DNA from: Pirellulaceae bacterium
GTDB taxonomy: Bacteria > Planctomycetota > Planctomycetia > Pirellulales > Pirellulaceae
DNA: 64,000 bases
Reading direction: 5' to 3'
Assembly: GCA_040219575.1 (NCBI GenBank)
Contig: JAVJSD010000014.1
Coordinates: forward strand, 66,120 to 130,119
Shown here: in pieces, positions 1-9,568 of the stretch
Layout of the letters: each line of letters starts with the position of its first letter
Position numbering within the stretch: the first letter of the stretch is position 1
Program-made: the position numbers and the translations under genes
The notes under the pieces: model-generated
Told to the model about the DNA's origin: nothing
The model's input: only the letters and a program-made list of their open reading frames with translations
Database searches by the model: none

Positions 1-160
1 AGCCCAAGGCGCCGTTGCCAGGGGCGTTGTAAAGGGCGCTGGCCGGTTTCCAGCCAAACCGCACCTTCGCGCCGCGGCAAATCGCCGGAATCGGTTATCA
101 ACGGTCGGCGCGGAGGGCGGCCTCGATCCGTCGTTCGGCGGTTGCCGATTTCGGCGGAGT

Positions 161-931
161 TCAGGTCGAGAACTCTCCCTCTTCGTTGAGGCCGAATTCG
201 CGCCAACTGGGCGGCAGCGGCGCGACAATGTCCAGCTGCGTCTTGCGCACCGGATGCGTCAACGCCAAACGCCGCGCGTGCAAGCCGATGCCGCGTGGGA
301 ACGACCGCCGACTGCCGTATTTTCGGTCGCCGACGACCGCGTGGCCGCGCTCGGAGAATTGCAGACGAATCTGGTGCTTGCGCCCCGTCTCGAGATGGAC
401 TTCCAGCAGACTGACGCCGCGACCTGCAGCGCGCGTGACGTACGATAAACGCGCCGATTTGGCCCCGGGCGTCGTCTGTGAGGTGACGACCATTCGTCGC
501 CGCTGCTCCTCCTTGACGACCCAATCGTGCAACTCGCCGGTCTCCGGCTGCGGCCTGCCGGCGACGATCGCCCAGTACGTCTTGTGCACGCGTCCCGTGC
601 GAAACTGCTCGGTCAGTCGGGCCGCGGCCTTGCTAGTGCGGGCCAACAACAAGACGCCGGTCGTCACGGAATCGAGCCGGCTCACCACTCCGAGATACAC
701 TTTGCCCGGCTTGTCGTACTTGCGCTTGATGTAGGCCGCCGCCACGTCAAGCAGACTCTCTCGGCCGGCCGCTGCTCCCATGGTCGGCAAGTCCGCCGGC
801 TTGAGCACGGCGAGCAGATGATTGTCTTCAAAAAGCACTTGGAGCGGCGGCACGGGCGATTCAACGCTGAAGTCGTTCGGGTAGGATGGACGAGCAGACG
901 GAGTTCGCCTCAACCGGCGATTATCGTCCAA
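161..931 (-). CDS. RluA-family pseudouridine synthase (RluD-like)
   Basis: The translation carries the conserved HQIRLQ block and RluA-family core motifs (LARTSKAA, GRKHQIR). The true start is probably downstream of the first ATG in the ORF track. Confidence 0.8.
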   Translation of the reverse strand: MDDNRRLRRTPSARPSYPNDFSVESPVPPLQVLFEDNHLLAVLKPADLPTMGAAAGRESLLDVAAAYIKRKYDKPGKVYLGVVSRLDSVTTGVLLLARTSKAAARLTEQFRTGRVHKTYWAIVAGRPQPETGELHDWVVKEEQRRRMVVTSQTTPGAKSARLSYVTRAAGRGVSLLEVHLETGRKHQIRLQFSERGHAVVGDRKYGSRRSFPRGIGLHARRLALTHPVRKTQLDIVAPLPPSWREFGLNEEGEFST

Positions 932-1047
932 CGACGTGTCGGGCGACAGTCCGCACCGCCTCGCTGAAGGCCGCGTTGGCCGCCGTCAGCCGCCTTTACC
1001 ACCACCTACCGACGCTGGCAGCGTCGGTCACGAGGAGACCGCAATCG

Positions 1048-1608
1048 GTGAACTTGATTCTCGCTAGTACGTCGCCCCGTCGTCGCGAACTGCTTGACGT
1101 CGCAGGCTACACGTTCGACGTAGTGGCGCCTTCCGAGACCGCCGAGTGTGGAATCTGCAGCCGAGAGTCGCCGCCAGAACTGGTGGCAAGACTCGCTTTC
1201 CAAAAGGCCCGCGACGTGGCGCAGCGCATCGAGACGGGACTGATTCTGGGTTGCGACACGGTGGCGGATTGCTGCGGACAGATCTTGGGGAAGCCGCACG
1301 ACCGGCGGCATGCGCGGGAGATGCTCGTGCTGTTGCGCGGCCGCGTGCATTCGGTGTACAGCGGACTGTGCCTGTGGCGTCGGCCGGACGATGAGGTCTC
1401 CGTCCGCGTCTGCCAATCGCGACTGCGAATGGACGCGTTCACCGACGAGCAGCTCGAGGCGTATCTCGACAGCGGCCAGTGGGAGGGCAAGGCGGGCGCC
1501 TTCGGCTATCAGGACGGCCTCGATTGGTTGCATCTCGAGGAAGGCAGCGAGTCGAACGTGGTGGGACTGCCGCTGGAGCTGCTGGCGGAGATGTTGATGG
1601 GAAATTGA
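1048..1608 (+). CDS. maf: Maf-like nucleoside triphosphate pyrophosphatase
   Basis: The N-terminal LILASTSPRRRELL motif is typical of Maf/YhdE. A GTG at 1048 gives a Maf-sized product. The track start at 886 overlaps the upstream gene and is unlikely to be real. Confidence 0.75.
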   Translation: MNLILASTSPRRRELLDVAGYTFDVVAPSETAECGICSRESPPELVARLAFQKARDVAQRIETGLILGCDTVADCCGQILGKPHDRRHAREMLVLLRGRVHSVYSGLCLWRRPDDEVSVRVCQSRLRMDAFTDEQLEAYLDSGQWEGKAGAFGYQDGLDWLHLEEGSESNVVGLPLELLAEMLMGN

Positions 1609-1615
1609 ATTCAGA

Positions 1616-2242
1616 TTGCTGAAATCTGATGTCCGGAAACTTGCCGGGCGAAGTCCCAAAGTGGATACTGCTTCTAGCGCCATTCTCGCCAAGCACTCAC
1701 TTCCGGATCAGTGTCGTATGAGCGGTTATCCAGAGACCGGCGACGATCTGCTGAACACGAATTGGCAGACGCCCAAGCAGCCTCCGAAGGCTCCTTTCCA
1801 GCAGAATCCCTACTACCAGGCCGGCGGACCACCGCCGCGGCGTCCTTCGAGCGGCGCCGGGGTCGCCGTCATCGTGGCGGTGCTGCTGCTGTCGGGCACG
1901 TGCCTGGTGACGATGGTGGGGGCGGCGATCGTGGGCGTGGCGGCCTACCGGACCGAACAGCAGCAACGGCGCGACAGAATTCAAAGCACGTTCGATAGCC
2001 TGCGGCAACAGCAGGAAATCCAGAATCAACCGCCTCCCGAGCCCGCCTGGAACCCCTCCGACTCATTCGAGAAGATGCGTCAGGAGAGCCAGCGTCGTCA
2101 GGAAGAGTTGCGCCGCCAGCGTGACGAGGCGTTCCAACAGATGATGGAAGACTCGCGCCGGCGCAGCGAAGATTCGATGCGGGAAATGCAGGAGCGGATG
2201 GAGCGGATGCGTTCGTCGCCCCGCGGACGCCCCGGCTTTTGA
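1616..2242 (+). CDS. hypothetical membrane-anchored coiled-coil protein
   Basis: One hydrophobic TM segment (VAVIVAVLLLSGTCLVTMVGAAIVGVAAY) followed by a Q/R/E-rich coiled-coil-like tail. No family recognised. The start may be the internal M at 1717. Confidence 0.4.
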   Translation: MLKSDVRKLAGRSPKVDTASSAILAKHSLPDQCRMSGYPETGDDLLNTNWQTPKQPPKAPFQQNPYYQAGGPPPRRPSSGAGVAVIVAVLLLSGTCLVTMVGAAIVGVAAYRTEQQQRRDRIQSTFDSLRQQQEIQNQPPPEPAWNPSDSFEKMRQESQRRQEELRRQRDEAFQQMMEDSRRRSEDSMREMQERMERMRSSPRGRPGF

Positions 2243-2254
2243 ACCCGCGGGAGC

Positions 2255-4192
2255 CTAGCGGATCACGCCGCGCGAGCGGAGAAGCTCCAGGATTCGCTCG
2301 ACGCAATCCTCCACGGGAAGTTCGTGCGTGGGGAGCGTGAGGTCGGGCTGCGGCGGCGTTTCGTATTGCGAACTGACGCCGGGGAAGTTGGCGATCTCGC
2401 CCGCATCGGCCGCCCCGTAGTGGCCCTCGGTGTCGCGCTCGCGGCAGACCTCGATCGGGGCCGACAGATGCACGACCAGGAACTTGTCGCTGCCGACAAC
2501 CTCCTTCGCCCTTTGCCGCACGTCTTCGCTGGGAGCCAGGAAGGCGGCGACGCAGATCAAACCCGCTTCGTTGATCAGCCGCGCAACCTCCGCGCTGCGA
2601 CGGAGGTTCTCGCTGCGGTCCTCGGCCGTGAAGCCCAGGTCGCGGCTGATTCCCAGCCGCATGTTCTGGCCGTCGAGCACCGTGCAAGCGCGGCCCTCAT
2701 CGAACAGTTTGCGCTCTAGCGCATTGGCCATCGTCGTCTTGCCGGCGCCCGCCAGGCCGGTGAGTAGAATCGTGGCGGGTTGTTGGCCGAATCGCGCGGC
2801 CCGCTCCTCAGCCGTGACGTTGCTGTCGCGGCTCTGAAGATCGCGGCTGGCGGGCTCGGCGTCCCAGTGATCGCGCCGCTCGACCTCGGTGCGGCGGTCG
2901 AGAATCATTCCCGCCCCGACCGTCACGTTGCTGATGCGGTCGATGACGATGAACGCCCCCGTGCCGCGGTTCCGCCGGTAGCCGTCAAAGGCGATCGGTT
3001 CGTTGAGCGCCACCGCACAGCGACCGATCTCGTTCAATTCCAACGTCGGCGACTCTTTGCGATGCAGCGTGTTCACATCCACCTGATACCGCAACGTGTG
3101 AATCGCGCCAGGCACCGTCTTGGTCGTCTGCTTGAACAAGTACTGCCGGCCGGGAACCATGCCCTGTTCCGACATCCAGACCACCATCGCGTCGAAGTTC
3201 TGCTCCAATCGCGGCACATTGCCCGGCCGCACGATCATGTCGCCGCGGCTGCAATCGATCTCATCCTCGAGCGTGATCGTCACCGACTGCGGCACAAACG
3301 CCTCTTCCAATTCGCCGTCGAAGGTCACGATGTTCTTGACGCGGCTGGTCTTTCGCGACGGCAGAACCATCACCTCGTCGCCCTTGCGGACGATGCCCGA
3401 GGCCAGCGTGCCGCAGAAGCCGCGGAAGTTGAGGTGCGGCCGGTTGACCAGTTGCACCGGAAAGCGGAAGTCCTCCAGGTTGCGGTCCGAACCGATGTAG
3501 ACCGTCTCCAAAAAGTTCATCAGCGTGCTGCCGTCGTACCACGGCATGTTCGGGCTCCGCTCGACGACGTTGTCGCCCTTGAGGGCCGAAACGGGAATGA
3601 AGTGCAAGTCGGGCAACTCCAGCCGGGCGGCGAAGTCCTGGTAGTCGCTCTTGATCTGCTCGAATCGCTCCTGACTCCAATCGACCAGGTCCATCTTGTT
3701 GACCGCCACCACCACGTGCTTGATGCCCAGCAGCGAGGTGATGAAGGTATGCCGCCGTGTCTGCGTGAGCACGCCGTGGCGGGCGTCGATCAGAATCACG
3801 GCCAGGTCGGCGGTCGAGGCGCCGGTGGCCATGTTGCGCGTGTACTGCTCGTGGCCCGGCGTATCGGCGATGATGAACTTCCGCCGGGCGGTGGAGAAGT
3901 AGCGGTAGGCGACGTCGATGGTGATGCCCTGCTGCCGCTCGTCTTCCAATCCGTCGAGCAGCAGCGCCGCGTCGATCTCTTCGCCGGTGGTGCCGAAGCG
4001 CTGGCTGTCCTTGCGAATGGCGGCGATCTGGTCCTCGTAGACCATCTTGGCCGACAGCAACAGCTTGCCGATGAGCGTACTCTTGCCGTCGTCCACGCTG
4101 CCGCACGTGATGAACCGCATCAACTCCTTGCGTTCATGCTGCGCGAGGTAGGCGTTGATATCCGTGGCGATCAGGTCAGACGAATGCGACAT
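2255..4192 (-). CDS. cysNC: bifunctional sulfate adenylyltransferase subunit 1 / adenylylsulfate kinase (CysN-CysC fusion)
   Basis: N-terminal translational-GTPase G1 motif ([15 protein letters not shown]) and CysN-like body. C-terminal APS-kinase P-loop ([11 protein letters not shown]). Confidence 0.9.
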   Translation of the reverse strand: MSHSSDLIATDINAYLAQHERKELMRFITCGSVDDGKSTLIGKLLLSAKMVYEDQIAAIRKDSQRFGTTGEEIDAALLLDGLEDERQQGITIDVAYRYFSTARRKFIIADTPGHEQYTRNMATGASTADLAVILIDARHGVLTQTRRHTFITSLLGIKHVVVAVNKMDLVDWSQERFEQIKSDYQDFAARLELPDLHFIPVSALKGDNVVERSPNMPWYDGSTLMNFLETVYIGSDRNLEDFRFPVQLVNRPHLNFRGFCGTLASGIVRKGDEVMVLPSRKTSRVKNIVTFDGELEEAFVPQSVTITLEDEIDCSRGDMIVRPGNVPRLEQNFDAMVVWMSEQGMVPGRQYLFKQTTKTVPGAIHTLRYQVDVNTLHRKESPTLELNEIGRCAVALNEPIAFDGYRRNRGTGAFIVIDRISNVTVGAGMILDRRTEVERRDHWDAEPASRDLQSRDSNVTAEERAARFGQQPATILLTGLAGAGKTTMANALERKLFDEGRACTVLDGQNMRLGISRDLGFTAEDRSENLRRSAEVARLINEAGLICVAAFLAPSEDVRQRAKEVVGSDKFLVVHLSAPIEVCRERDTEGHYGAADAGEIANFPGVSSQYETPPQPDLTLPTHELPVEDCVERILELLRSRGVIR

Positions 4193-4217
4193 GGAACAAC
4201 AACCTAAAAGCGAATTT

Positions 4218-4262
4218 GGAAGAAGGACTAACCGCTGATGAACGCTAATGAGACGCTAATGA
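4218..4262. repeat. left arm of a 45-bp imperfect inverted repeat bounding the GxxExxY cassette (core 32-mer accgctgatgaacgctaatgagacgctaatga)
   Basis: Its reverse complement recurs at 4715-4759 with 2 mismatches plus a 4-bp gap. A third copy of the 32-mer core lies at 27210-27242. Confidence 0.8.
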
Positions 4263-4272
4263 CGCAGCTCGA

Positions 4273-4668
4273 TCAATTGACGTATTCCGATAGAACAACG
4301 CGTTTCCACTCCACCTTCGCAATCGGAGAAAAATTGATCAAGTAGCCCACGGCGTGTCGCGTAATGCGCATGTAGTTCATCAATTGGGCTTCATGTGGCT
4401 CGGCCAACGCGCTCACGGCTTTCAGTTCCACGACGATTTCCGCAAAGACAACTAGATCAGGAATGTACCGCTTCTTCAGCTCAACCCCTTTGTAGTAAAC
4501 GACCAGTTCCTGTTGGCGGACGAATGGAATACGTCGCGACGCCAGTTCAATCTCCAACGCTTCTTGATAGATCTCTTCCAGCAGTCCCCCACCCAACTCT
4601 CGGTGAACCGCGAACGCCGCCCCCATCAATGCATAACCTTCCTGGGAAAACGGTTTGTCGCGGTCCAT
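4273..4668 (-). CDS. GxxExxY family protein (PD-(D/E)xK-like small protein family)
   Basis: 131 aa with the LEEIYQEAL block characteristic of GxxExxY / 23S-rRNA-IVS-associated family proteins. It sits between cysD and cysNC, flanked by inverted repeats. Confidence 0.75.
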   Translation of the reverse strand: MDRDKPFSQEGYALMGAAFAVHRELGGGLLEEIYQEALEIELASRRIPFVRQQELVVYYKGVELKKRYIPDLVVFAEIVVELKAVSALAEPHEAQLMNYMRITRHAVGYLINFSPIAKVEWKRVVLSEYVN

Positions 4669-4714
4669 TTGACGGCCCCCCGTGACTACCTGAATCCTTG
4701 CCTTGCTCTTTACT

Positions 4715-4759
4715 TCATTAGCGTCCCATTAGCGTTCATCAGCGGTTGGCCCTTCTTCC
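4715..4759. repeat. right arm of the inverted repeat bounding the GxxExxY cassette
   Basis: Reverse complement of 4218-4262, including the flanking ggaagaagg / ccttcttcc extension. Confidence 0.8.
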
Positions 4760-4773
4760 GGCATTCGAATAGC

Positions 4774-5685
4774 TCAGAAGTAGCCTTCGCGTTTTTTCTT
4801 TTCCATCGAGCCGGATTGATCCGTGTCGATCTTCCGTCCTTGCCGCTCGCTGAACTTGGTGAGCAGCATCTCTTGAATGATGTCGGGCAACGTCGTGGCG
4901 CCGGATTCGACGGCGCCGGTGAGCGGGTAGCAGCCGAGCGTGCGGAAGCGGACGGTCTTCATCATCGGCTTCTCGCCGGGCTCCAGCGGGAGGCGGTCGT
5001 CGTCGACCATGATCAGATCCCCGTCGCGGTCGACGACCGGGCGCTCCGCCGCGAAATACAGCGGCACGATCGGAATCTTCTCCAGGTGGATGTACTGCCA
5101 GACGTCGAGTTCGGTCCAGTTCGAGAGCGGAAACACGCGAATGCTCTCGCCCTTGCGGACCCGCGCGTTGTACAGGTTCCACAACTCCGGACGTTGATTC
5201 TTTGGATCCCAGCGGTGATTCGTATCGCGAAACGAAAAGACGCGCTCCTTGGCGCGAGATTTCTCCTCGTCTCGCCGGGCGCCGCCGAAGGCCGCGTCGA
5301 ATTTGTATTTGTTGAGCGCCTGTTTGAGCCCTTCCGTCTTCATCACATCGGTGTGCACCTGGCTGCCGTGCGTGAATGGGCCGATGCCTTGCTGCACGCC
5401 GTCCTGGTTGATGTGCACCAACACCTCGAGGCCGAGCTCCTTCTTGGCGTACTGCTCGCGGAAGTCGATCATCTCGCGGAACTTCCAGGTGGTGTCGACA
5501 TGCAGCAGCGGAAACGGCGGTTTGGCCGGGTAGAACGCCTTCAGCGCCAGCTGCACCATCACCGACGAGTCTTTGCCGACGGAATACAGCATCACCGGGT
5601 TCTCGAACGCAGCCGCCACCTCGCGAATGATGTGGATGCTCTCGGCCTCGAGCTGTTTCAGATGCGTAAGTTGATAGCTGCTCAT
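4774..5685 (-). CDS. cysD: sulfate adenylyltransferase subunit 2
   Basis: PAPS-reductase-like fold with a CysD-type sequence ([25 protein letters not shown]..., SVGKDSSVM). The start is taken at the internal MSSYQ; the longer track ORF adds an unlikely Pro/Arg-rich leader. Confidence 0.9.
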   Translation of the reverse strand: MSSYQLTHLKQLEAESIHIIREVAAAFENPVMLYSVGKDSSVMVQLALKAFYPAKPPFPLLHVDTTWKFREMIDFREQYAKKELGLEVLVHINQDGVQQGIGPFTHGSQVHTDVMKTEGLKQALNKYKFDAAFGGARRDEEKSRAKERVFSFRDTNHRWDPKNQRPELWNLYNARVRKGESIRVFPLSNWTELDVWQYIHLEKIPIVPLYFAAERPVVDRDGDLIMVDDDRLPLEPGEKPMMKTVRFRTLGCYPLTGAVESGATTLPDIIQEMLLTKFSERQGRKIDTDQSGSMEKKKREGYF

Positions 5686-6000
5686 GCGGGGCTGCAGTTC
5701 GGCAGGCGGCGTCGCCGGCAGAGAGAAGTGGGGACCGCGAGGCGGGTGCGAATCGAGCCGCGGCCTCGACGTTTGGGGGGTGACTTCAGGCGGCATCCTT
5801 GCTCGCTCCAGACTTTCAATATTCTCAGTTTTATGCCGGAAACCCCGTTCGTTCCATGCCCCTACCCGTTCCAGCGAAGGGCGGCAGTATAGGAAAACCG
5901 CCGGTGACGCTCAACGTCAGTGGTTGGCGGTCCGCGTCCCAATCTTGAGTTGCGGATGGAAACGCGACGCCAGCATCGGCCACGATGTGTGAACGGCGGG

Positions 6001-7518
6001 CTACGGCTCCTTCTTCGGCAGCGGGGGCCACTCGATGCGGCCGGCCTCGTACCGGGCGAACTTCCAGGCGGGCCAGGTGGGCGATTCGTCGCGGACCTCG
6101 TGGTATTTCGCCTTCAGCTTGGCGAACATCTGAGCCAATCGTTTCGGCTGCGAACCGGCCAGGTCGTGCGCTTCGGCGACGTCCTGCTTGAGGTTGTAGA
6201 GTTCGGCCCGGCCCAACTCGGCGGTCTTAATCGCCTGCTGCGACTCCTCGGTGATATCGCCGCTGGGTCCGAGCGGCGTGCCGTTCAGTTCGGCGAGGAC
6301 CTTCCAGTCGCCGATCCGCATCGCCACCTTCGGCGCACTGCTGGCGTAGTTGTATTGCCAGTAGAGCGGCGTCTGGCGATCGATCGCCTCGCCGCCGAAC
6401 AGCGGCACGATGCTGGCGCCGTCGAGGGCCCGATCTTTCGGTGTCTCGACGCCCGCCAGTTCGCACAGCGTCGGCAGCACGTCGACGCCGCAGACCGGTT
6501 CGCCGGAGACCGTCCCCACTTTGATATGCCCCGGCCACTGCAGGATGCCGGGCACGCGGATGCCGCCTTCATACACATGCCCCTTTTTCTCTCGCAGCGG
6601 CCCGGTCGAACCGTGCGGATGGTAGCGCGTGATGGCGGGACCGTTGTCGCTGGTGAAGAACACCAGCGTGTCGTCGCGCAGGCCCTGCTTGTCGAGCGAC
6701 GCGATCAGGCGGCCGAAGGCGTGGTCCATCTGCGAGATGTTGCCGTGATGGCGGCTGTAGCTGGCGTCGTCCGAGGGATACAGGTCCATGAACTGCTGGG
6801 CGCTGGCGATCGGCTCGTGCGGTTCGTGAAAGCAGACGAACAGGAAGAACGGCTTCGACTTGTCGCGACGATCGCTCAACCAGTCAATCGCCTCGTCGGC
6901 GACCAGCTGCGCCGAATAGCCCTCCAACTTGCCGACCGGCTCGCCGTTGCGGACGAAGTTGTCGGGGTTGTGGTGATTCGGCAAGGCGTTGTTCTGCGTC
7001 GAGAACCACCAGTCGAAGCCGTGATCGCCCGGCTGTGGGTGCTCGGGCATGTTGAACTTGCCGTTGAGATGCCACTTGCCGGTGTGGCAGGTGGTGTAGC
7101 CCGCGTCGCGCAGCAGCGTGGCGACCGTGATCTCGTCGCGGCCGACGTGCATCGGAGAGAACATCGGAATCCAGTTGTGCACGCCGACGCGATAGGGCGT
7201 GCGTCCGGTCATCATGCCGGTTCGCGCGGGAGAGCAATTCGCCGCCGCGGCGTAGCAGTCGGTCAGGCGCAGCCCGGCTTTGGCGAAACGGTCGATGTTC
7301 GGCGTCTTCAAATCCGTTGCGCCGTAGCAAGCCAGGTCGCCGTATCCCAGATCGTCGCAGAGCACGACGACAAAGTTGGGCTGCGGAGCATCGGCCGCGG
7401 ACAATAACAAATTGGCGGTGAGCGAACAGAGCAGGACGACGAGGAGGGCCGTTGGATTCAGCAACGACCAACGCGGTTCGCGACGCATGATTTGGCCTCG
7501 CATGATTCGGCCTCGCAT
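6001..7518 (-). CDS. formylglycine-dependent sulfatase (arylsulfatase family) with signal peptide
   Basis: C-S-P-A-R sulfatase signature (CSPARTGMMTGR), the CDDLGYGD metal-binding block, and an N-terminal signal peptide. Three in-frame ATGs at 7488, 7503 and 7518 are created by a 15-bp tandem repeat, so the start is ambiguous. Confidence 0.85.
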   Translation of the reverse strand: MRGRIMRGQIMRREPRWSLLNPTALLVVLLCSLTANLLLSAADAPQPNFVVVLCDDLGYGDLACYGATDLKTPNIDRFAKAGLRLTDCYAAAANCSPARTGMMTGRTPYRVGVHNWIPMFSPMHVGRDEITVATLLRDAGYTTCHTGKWHLNGKFNMPEHPQPGDHGFDWWFSTQNNALPNHHNPDNFVRNGEPVGKLEGYSAQLVADEAIDWLSDRRDKSKPFFLFVCFHEPHEPIASAQQFMDLYPSDDASYSRHHGNISQMDHAFGRLIASLDKQGLRDDTLVFFTSDNGPAITRYHPHGSTGPLREKKGHVYEGGIRVPGILQWPGHIKVGTVSGEPVCGVDVLPTLCELAGVETPKDRALDGASIVPLFGGEAIDRQTPLYWQYNYASSAPKVAMRIGDWKVLAELNGTPLGPSGDITEESQQAIKTAELGRAELYNLKQDVAEAHDLAGSQPKRLAQMFAKLKAKYHEVRDESPTWPAWKFARYEAGRIEWPPLPKKEP

Positions 7519-7529
7519 GATTTGGCCTC
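7485..7529. repeat. 3 x 15-bp tandem repeat (gcatgattYggcctc) at the sulfatase 5' end
   Basis: Read directly from the sequence. Each unit encodes MRGQI/MRGRI on the minus strand. Confidence 0.85.
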
Positions 7530-7666
7530 GGTGGGATACAGGGGGAGGGAGACGTCTCCCCAGTATAGGAAGATCCGCCGCCGATTTCATCGATTCCCCG
7601 CCGTCGTTAGTGGGCCGTGCCGCCAGGGCCCTCACCTCCGGTCGTGTCGTCGAGTAAAATGGTGGT

Positions 7667-8338
7667 GTGAACGTCTTGTTGTTCGATATCGATGGCACGC
7701 TGGTCAACACCGGCGGTGCGGGAGGACAGGCGCTGAAGGATGCGCTGGCGTCGGAATTCGGCGTCACCGAACCGGCCGCCGTCTCGTTCCAGGGACGCAC
7801 CGATCGGGGCATCGCCCGCGATTTCTTCCAGGCGCACGGAATCGACGACGTGGAGGATTCCTGGCGGCGCTATCATCGGGCCTACCTGCGGCATCTCGCC
7901 ACGCATCTACCGCTGCGGCCGGGCAGCGTGTTGCCTGGAATCGTCGCGCTGCTGGAAGCCGCCGCGATCCGCGACGATGTGGCGGTGGGGCTGCTGACCG
8001 GCAACGTTCGCGAGGGGGCTCGGCTGAAGCTCGAGCACTATCGGCTGCACCACCACTTCCGTTTTGGCGGCTATGGCGATTTGCATCCCCTGCGCGACGA
8101 CGTGGCGCGCGAGGCGCTGGCCGACGCGGTGCGCATCCTGGCTGACTCGACGCCGCGGCGGGTGATCGTCATCGGCGACACCGTGCACGACATTCGCTGC
8201 TCGCGGGCGATCGACGCAGTGGCGGTGGCCGTCTGCACGGGGACCGTTTCGCGCGACGAATTGGCCGCGGAGTCGCCCGACGTTCTGCTGGACGATCTGT
8301 CCGATGCTGCGCCGCTGCTGCGATTGCTCAACGCGTAG
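7667..8338 (+). CDS. HAD-family hydrolase (phosphoglycolate phosphatase-like)
   Basis: DxDGT motif I (LLFDIDGTLV) and the later GDTVHD motif. GTG start. Confidence 0.8.
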   Translation: MNVLLFDIDGTLVNTGGAGGQALKDALASEFGVTEPAAVSFQGRTDRGIARDFFQAHGIDDVEDSWRRYHRAYLRHLATHLPLRPGSVLPGIVALLEAAAIRDDVAVGLLTGNVREGARLKLEHYRLHHHFRFGGYGDLHPLRDDVAREALADAVRILADSTPRRVIVIGDTVHDIRCSRAIDAVAVAVCTGTVSRDELAAESPDVLLDDLSDAAPLLRLLNA

Positions 8339-8361
8339 AAAGCGTGCTCTTTCGCGTCTTC

Positions 8362-8425
8362 GGTAGCGGAAGTCGTGAGACTTCCGAGGCGGCTTCGAAA
8401 AGTCGGAACTCTCACGAGTTCCGCG
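8362..8425 (+). repeat. REP-like double-hairpin element, copy A
   Basis: Sequence ggtagcggaagtcgtgagacttccga...ggaactctcacgagttccgc. Two 7-8 bp stems with 4-nt loops. Confidence 0.8.
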
Positions 8426-8448
8426 ACGCCGTGGCGTCGTGGCGCGGG

Positions 8449-9351
8449 TCAGGCGAAGGCTTCACGGAGCGACTGCAGGTGCTTCTTGCATTCACTGCGG
8501 ACGTCGCCCTGCTCCTCGTATTCCAGCACGATATAGCCGCGGTAATCGGCGGCGCGAAGAATCTCCGCCATGCGAGCGTAGTCGGCTGGCTCCTTGGCGC
8601 CGGCGCGGTCGACGACGACCTTGATCTGCGCGTTGACCGCATAAGGCGCGATCCTGGCCAGATCGGCGTAGGGATCCTCGGTGTGGAAATTGCCCGAGTC
8701 GAGATTCACGCCGAACCAGGGGCTCTTCACCGCGTGGACCAGCGACAGCAAGCCGTCGGGCGTGGCGGTGGGGCCGCCGTGATTCTCCAGCGCCAGGAAC
8801 ACACCATGCTTGCCGGCGTAGTCGCAGCACTCCTGCATCCCCTCGACCATCCACTTGTGGGCCGTCTCCGGAGCGACGTCCTTGGGCACATGCCCGGCGA
8901 AGATGCGAATCACCGGCGCGCCGAGGATGGCGGCGTTGTCGACCCACTTCTTGACGCTTTCGATTTGCTCGCGCCGCTGGTCTTCGTCGGCCTTGCCGAA
9001 GTCGTTCCCCACGGCCGTGCCGGAGACATCCAGCCCCAGCCGGAAGCACTGCTGCTTGAGGTCGCGGAGGTAGGCCGGTTTGACGTCGGCGGGAAAGTAG
9101 TAGCTCGTGAGTTCGGTTCCCTCGAGTCCGAATTCGGCGCAATCGTTGACGAAATCGGACATCGTCAGTTGCGGATCCTTGCCTCCCAGCAGGCTGCGGT
9201 AGCTGTAGGCCGCCAGGCTGAACTTGAATTTCGGCGTGCCGTTGCGCTTGATCGGTTCGATGGCCAGCGCGGGAGAGGACGCGAGCGCCGCTCCGGCGGT
9301 GAGCGCGGCGCATCCGGAGAGAAAACGGCGGCGGTCGATCGTGTGTTGCAT
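8449..9351 (-). CDS. sugar phosphate isomerase/epimerase (xylose-isomerase-like TIM barrel), Tat-secreted
   Basis: Tat motif RRRFLSG, and a TIM-barrel isomerase-like sequence (LENHGG, FHTEDP...). Confidence 0.75.
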   Translation of the reverse strand: MQHTIDRRRFLSGCAALTAGAALASSPALAIEPIKRNGTPKFKFSLAAYSYRSLLGGKDPQLTMSDFVNDCAEFGLEGTELTSYYFPADVKPAYLRDLKQQCFRLGLDVSGTAVGNDFGKADEDQRREQIESVKKWVDNAAILGAPVIRIFAGHVPKDVAPETAHKWMVEGMQECCDYAGKHGVFLALENHGGPTATPDGLLSLVHAVKSPWFGVNLDSGNFHTEDPYADLARIAPYAVNAQIKVVVDRAGAKEPADYARMAEILRAADYRGYIVLEYEEQGDVRSECKKHLQSLREAFA

Positions 9352-9460
9352 GGGAGAAACCCGTCAGCAGGTGGGCGGAGGAATTGTTGCAGTCCAGGGC
9401 CGCTATTGTCGCTTGCCCGTGGACCGTGTTCAACTGGTTCGCCGCCGCTCCGGAAAGTCT

Positions 9461-9556
9461 GTAGCGGAAGTCGCCAAACTTCCGACTGACCGTCTGTAGC
9501 GGAATTCGTGAGACTTCCGAGATCGATCGAAGCATCGGAACTCTGGCGAGTTCCGC
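9461..9556 (+). repeat. REP-like element, copy B (1.5 tandem copies)
   Basis: Sequence gtagcggaagtcgccaaacttccga ... gtagcggaattcgtgagacttccga ... ggaactctggcgagttccgcc. Confidence 0.8.
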
Positions 9557-9568
9557 CACACGAGTATG

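Noticed and set aside
886-1047. 5' extension of the maf ORF to the ATG at 886
   Set aside because: Overlaps the end of the convergent rluA-family gene on the other strand. The Maf-family alignment starts near 1048.
2780-4207. 475-aa plus-strand ORF
   Set aside because: Antisense to the clearly homologous cysNC gene. Arg/Ala-rich translation typical of high-GC antisense frames.
5920-7407. 495-aa plus-strand ORF
   Set aside because: Antisense to the sulfatase gene (CSPAR signature is on the minus strand). Low-complexity R/A/G-rich product.
8344-9559. 381-aa plus-strand and 355-aa minus-strand ORFs over the isomerase gene
   Set aside because: Overlap the Tat-signal sugar-phosphate isomerase. 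Both read through REP copies A and B.
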